NCBI GenBank assembly: GCA_965248355.1
Contig: OZ252098.1
Coordinates: forward strand, 3,968,001-4,032,000
Reading direction: 5' to 3'
Origin: Candidatus Latescibacterota bacterium
GTDB taxonomy: Bacteria; Latescibacterota; UBA2968; UBA8231
Length of the DNA: 64,000 bases
In this document: in pieces, positions 62,503 through 64,000 of the stretch
Layout of the letters: each line of letters begins with the position of its first letter
How positions within the stretch are numbered: the stretch's first letter is position 1
Notes under the pieces: generated by a model
What the model saw: only the letters and a program-made list of their open reading frames with translations
What the model was told of the DNA's origin: nothing
The model's database searches: none
Position numbers and translations under genes: made by a program

Positions 62503-64000
62503 TCAGAGGGTCTTGAGGCGGCAGGCCATGGCCGCGTTGGCGGCTGTCTCGTCCGTGAGCGCCGAGTCCCGGCAGATGAGCAGGTCCTCCCGGCCAAGCC
62601 CGAGGGACTCCAGGCTCTCCGCCTTCAGCTCGCCGTCCAGGCAGAGATGGAAGGACTGCTCCCGCTCCTCGTCGGTGACGCGGTAGACCACGTTCTCTCC
62701 GGTGCCGTCGAGCGCCGTCACCCGGCCGTCCAGGCCGAAGCCCTCCTTGAGGGCCACCTCGAAGAGGACGTCCATCGGCTTCCAGCCCTCGACGAGGGGA
62801 TCGACGAACCCCTCCAGGGTCTGCTCGTACTCCTCCGGGTCCGCCGCCTCCATTGTGGACCACCGGCGGAAGTTGCTCTCCCCCAGCCTGAACAGGCGGA
62901 AGCCGGGGTCCTCCGGATCGAGACCGTCGCGGCCCGTCCCGCCGCCGTCCTCCCGCAGCCGCGCGATGCTGCGCCGCAGGCGCTCGGCGCCGATCTCGGC
63001 GATGGTGCGGAATCCCTCCGCCCTGGCCGTGGAGTCCGCTCCCGTGGGCTCCGGCAGCTGCACCAGGATCCACCGCCGCCGGCCGCCGTCCTCGCGGTTC
63101 AGCTCCATCACCGCCTGGCCGGTGGTCCCGGAGCCGGCGAAGAAGTCCAGAACGATGTCCCCCGGCCCGGTGGCGATGGCGCACAGGTGCTTGATCAGGC
63201 GCACCGGCTTGGCCCGCTCCAGGACCTCGGCCCCGAAAATGGCGGTGAGATCCGTCTTGCCCGTGCGCGTGCGGCCGAAGCGCCGGTCCACCAGCAGGCT
63301 GCGCGGCCGGGACCCCTCCTTCTCGTAGTTGCGCGTATACACGTGGGGCCAGCGGAAGACCAGCTCGTCGCAGCGCTCCTCCACCGTCTTCCGGGACCAG
63401 CGCCAGCGCGCCACCTTGTGCCGGGGGTTGGCGTGGGGCACGCGGTAGGTTCGGCCGTCCGGCCCCTCGATGGGGAAGTCCAGGCTTTCCTGGTATCCCA
63501 GGGTCGGCTTGTCCAGCCGGTCGAGGCTGTAGCGGCGGCCCTCGCCGTCGGTCTGGTTGTAGCGGGTCGCCACCGTGGCCCCCCGGTCCAGGAAGAGGGA
63601 GGGGGACCGCGAGCGGCCGTAGGCGAGGATGTACTCGTGATCGACGACGATCTCCTTGGCGTCCGACCCGCCCCCGGACTTCTTCTTCCAGATCAGGTCG
63701 GCCACCAGGTTCTCCTCGCCGAAGATCTCGTTCATGAGCAGCTGCAGGTTGTGGCGCTCGTGCTCGTCGATGGAGACGAAGATGATCCCGTCCTCCCGCA
63801 GCAGCTGCCGGGCGAGGAACAGCCGCGGGTACATCATGCTCAGCCAGGCCGAGTGGTAGCGGCCCGAGGTCTCGGGGTTGCTGGTCAGCAGGTTCCCCTG
63901 TTGATCCGCCTGCCCGGTGAGCTGCAGATAGGTCTCCAGGGGATCGGCGAAGTCGTCGGGGTAGACGAACTCGCCGCCCGTGTTGTACGGCGGGTCGATG
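62503..64000 (-). CDS. mod: Type III modification methyltransferase Mod (5' end outside window)
   Basis: IDPPYNTG at the window edge, HSAWLSMMYPRL, IFVSIDEHE, LDFFAGSGTT. Confidence 0.92.
   Translation of the reverse strand, partial: IDPPYNTGGEFVYPDDFADPLETYLQLTGQADQQGNLLTSNPETSGRYHSAWLSMMYPRLFLARQLLREDGIIFVSIDEHERHNLQLLMNEIFGEENLVADLIWKKKSGGGSDAKEIVVDHEYILAYGRSRSPSLFLDRGATVATRYNQTDGEGRRYSLDRLDKPTLGYQESLDFPIEGPDGRTYRVPHANPRHKVARWRWSRKTVEERCDELVFRWPHVYTRNYEKEGSRPRSLLVDRRFGRTRTGKTDLTAIFGAEVLERAKPVRLIKHLCAIATGPGDIVLDFFAGSGTTGQAVMELNREDGGRRRWILVQLPEPTGADSTARAEGFRTIAEIGAERLRRSIARLREDGGGTGRDGLDPEDPGFRLFRLGESNFRRWSTMEAADPEEYEQTLEGFVDPLVEGWKPMDVLFEVALKEGFGLDGRVTALDGTGENVVYRVTDEEREQSFHLCLDGELKAESLESLGLGREDLLICRDSALTDETAANAAMACRLKTL

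Overview
High-GC bacterial DNA. C-terminal 'TWGxVK' and 'PNPFN' motifs hint at a Latescibacterota/Poribacteria-like host (inference). 1-22.2 kb: a minus-strand type 1 BREX locus (brxA-like, brxB, brxC, pglX, pglZ, start of brxL) with nested cargo: an ADP-ribosylglycohydrolase remnant, an ABC/AAA ATPase, DUF2442, two AlbA_2/Schlafen-ATP-binding proteins, a PHP-ATPase (Ppl/TrlF-like) and a KTSC gene. Two IS elements with visible inverted repeats and target duplications interrupt pglX and the KTSC gene. 22.4-50.3 kb: metabolic and cell-surface genes, including an MTHFR-like/methyltransferase-like fusion, a 7-repeat propeller inside a split LamG-like domain, and two tandem secreted paralogs separated by copies of the 3' end of a DUF1015 gene. 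50.3-57.3 kb: a decayed polyamine ABC operon in which three 207-bp copies of the potD 3' end each precede a different toxin-antitoxin/defence-like cassette, with no integrase in view. 57.3-59.8 kb: a frameshift cluster. 59.9-64 kb: a type III R-M pair whose Res lacks the nuclease ExK motif. No rRNA, tRNA or CRISPR array was seen. All family assignments are by motif recognition, not database search.
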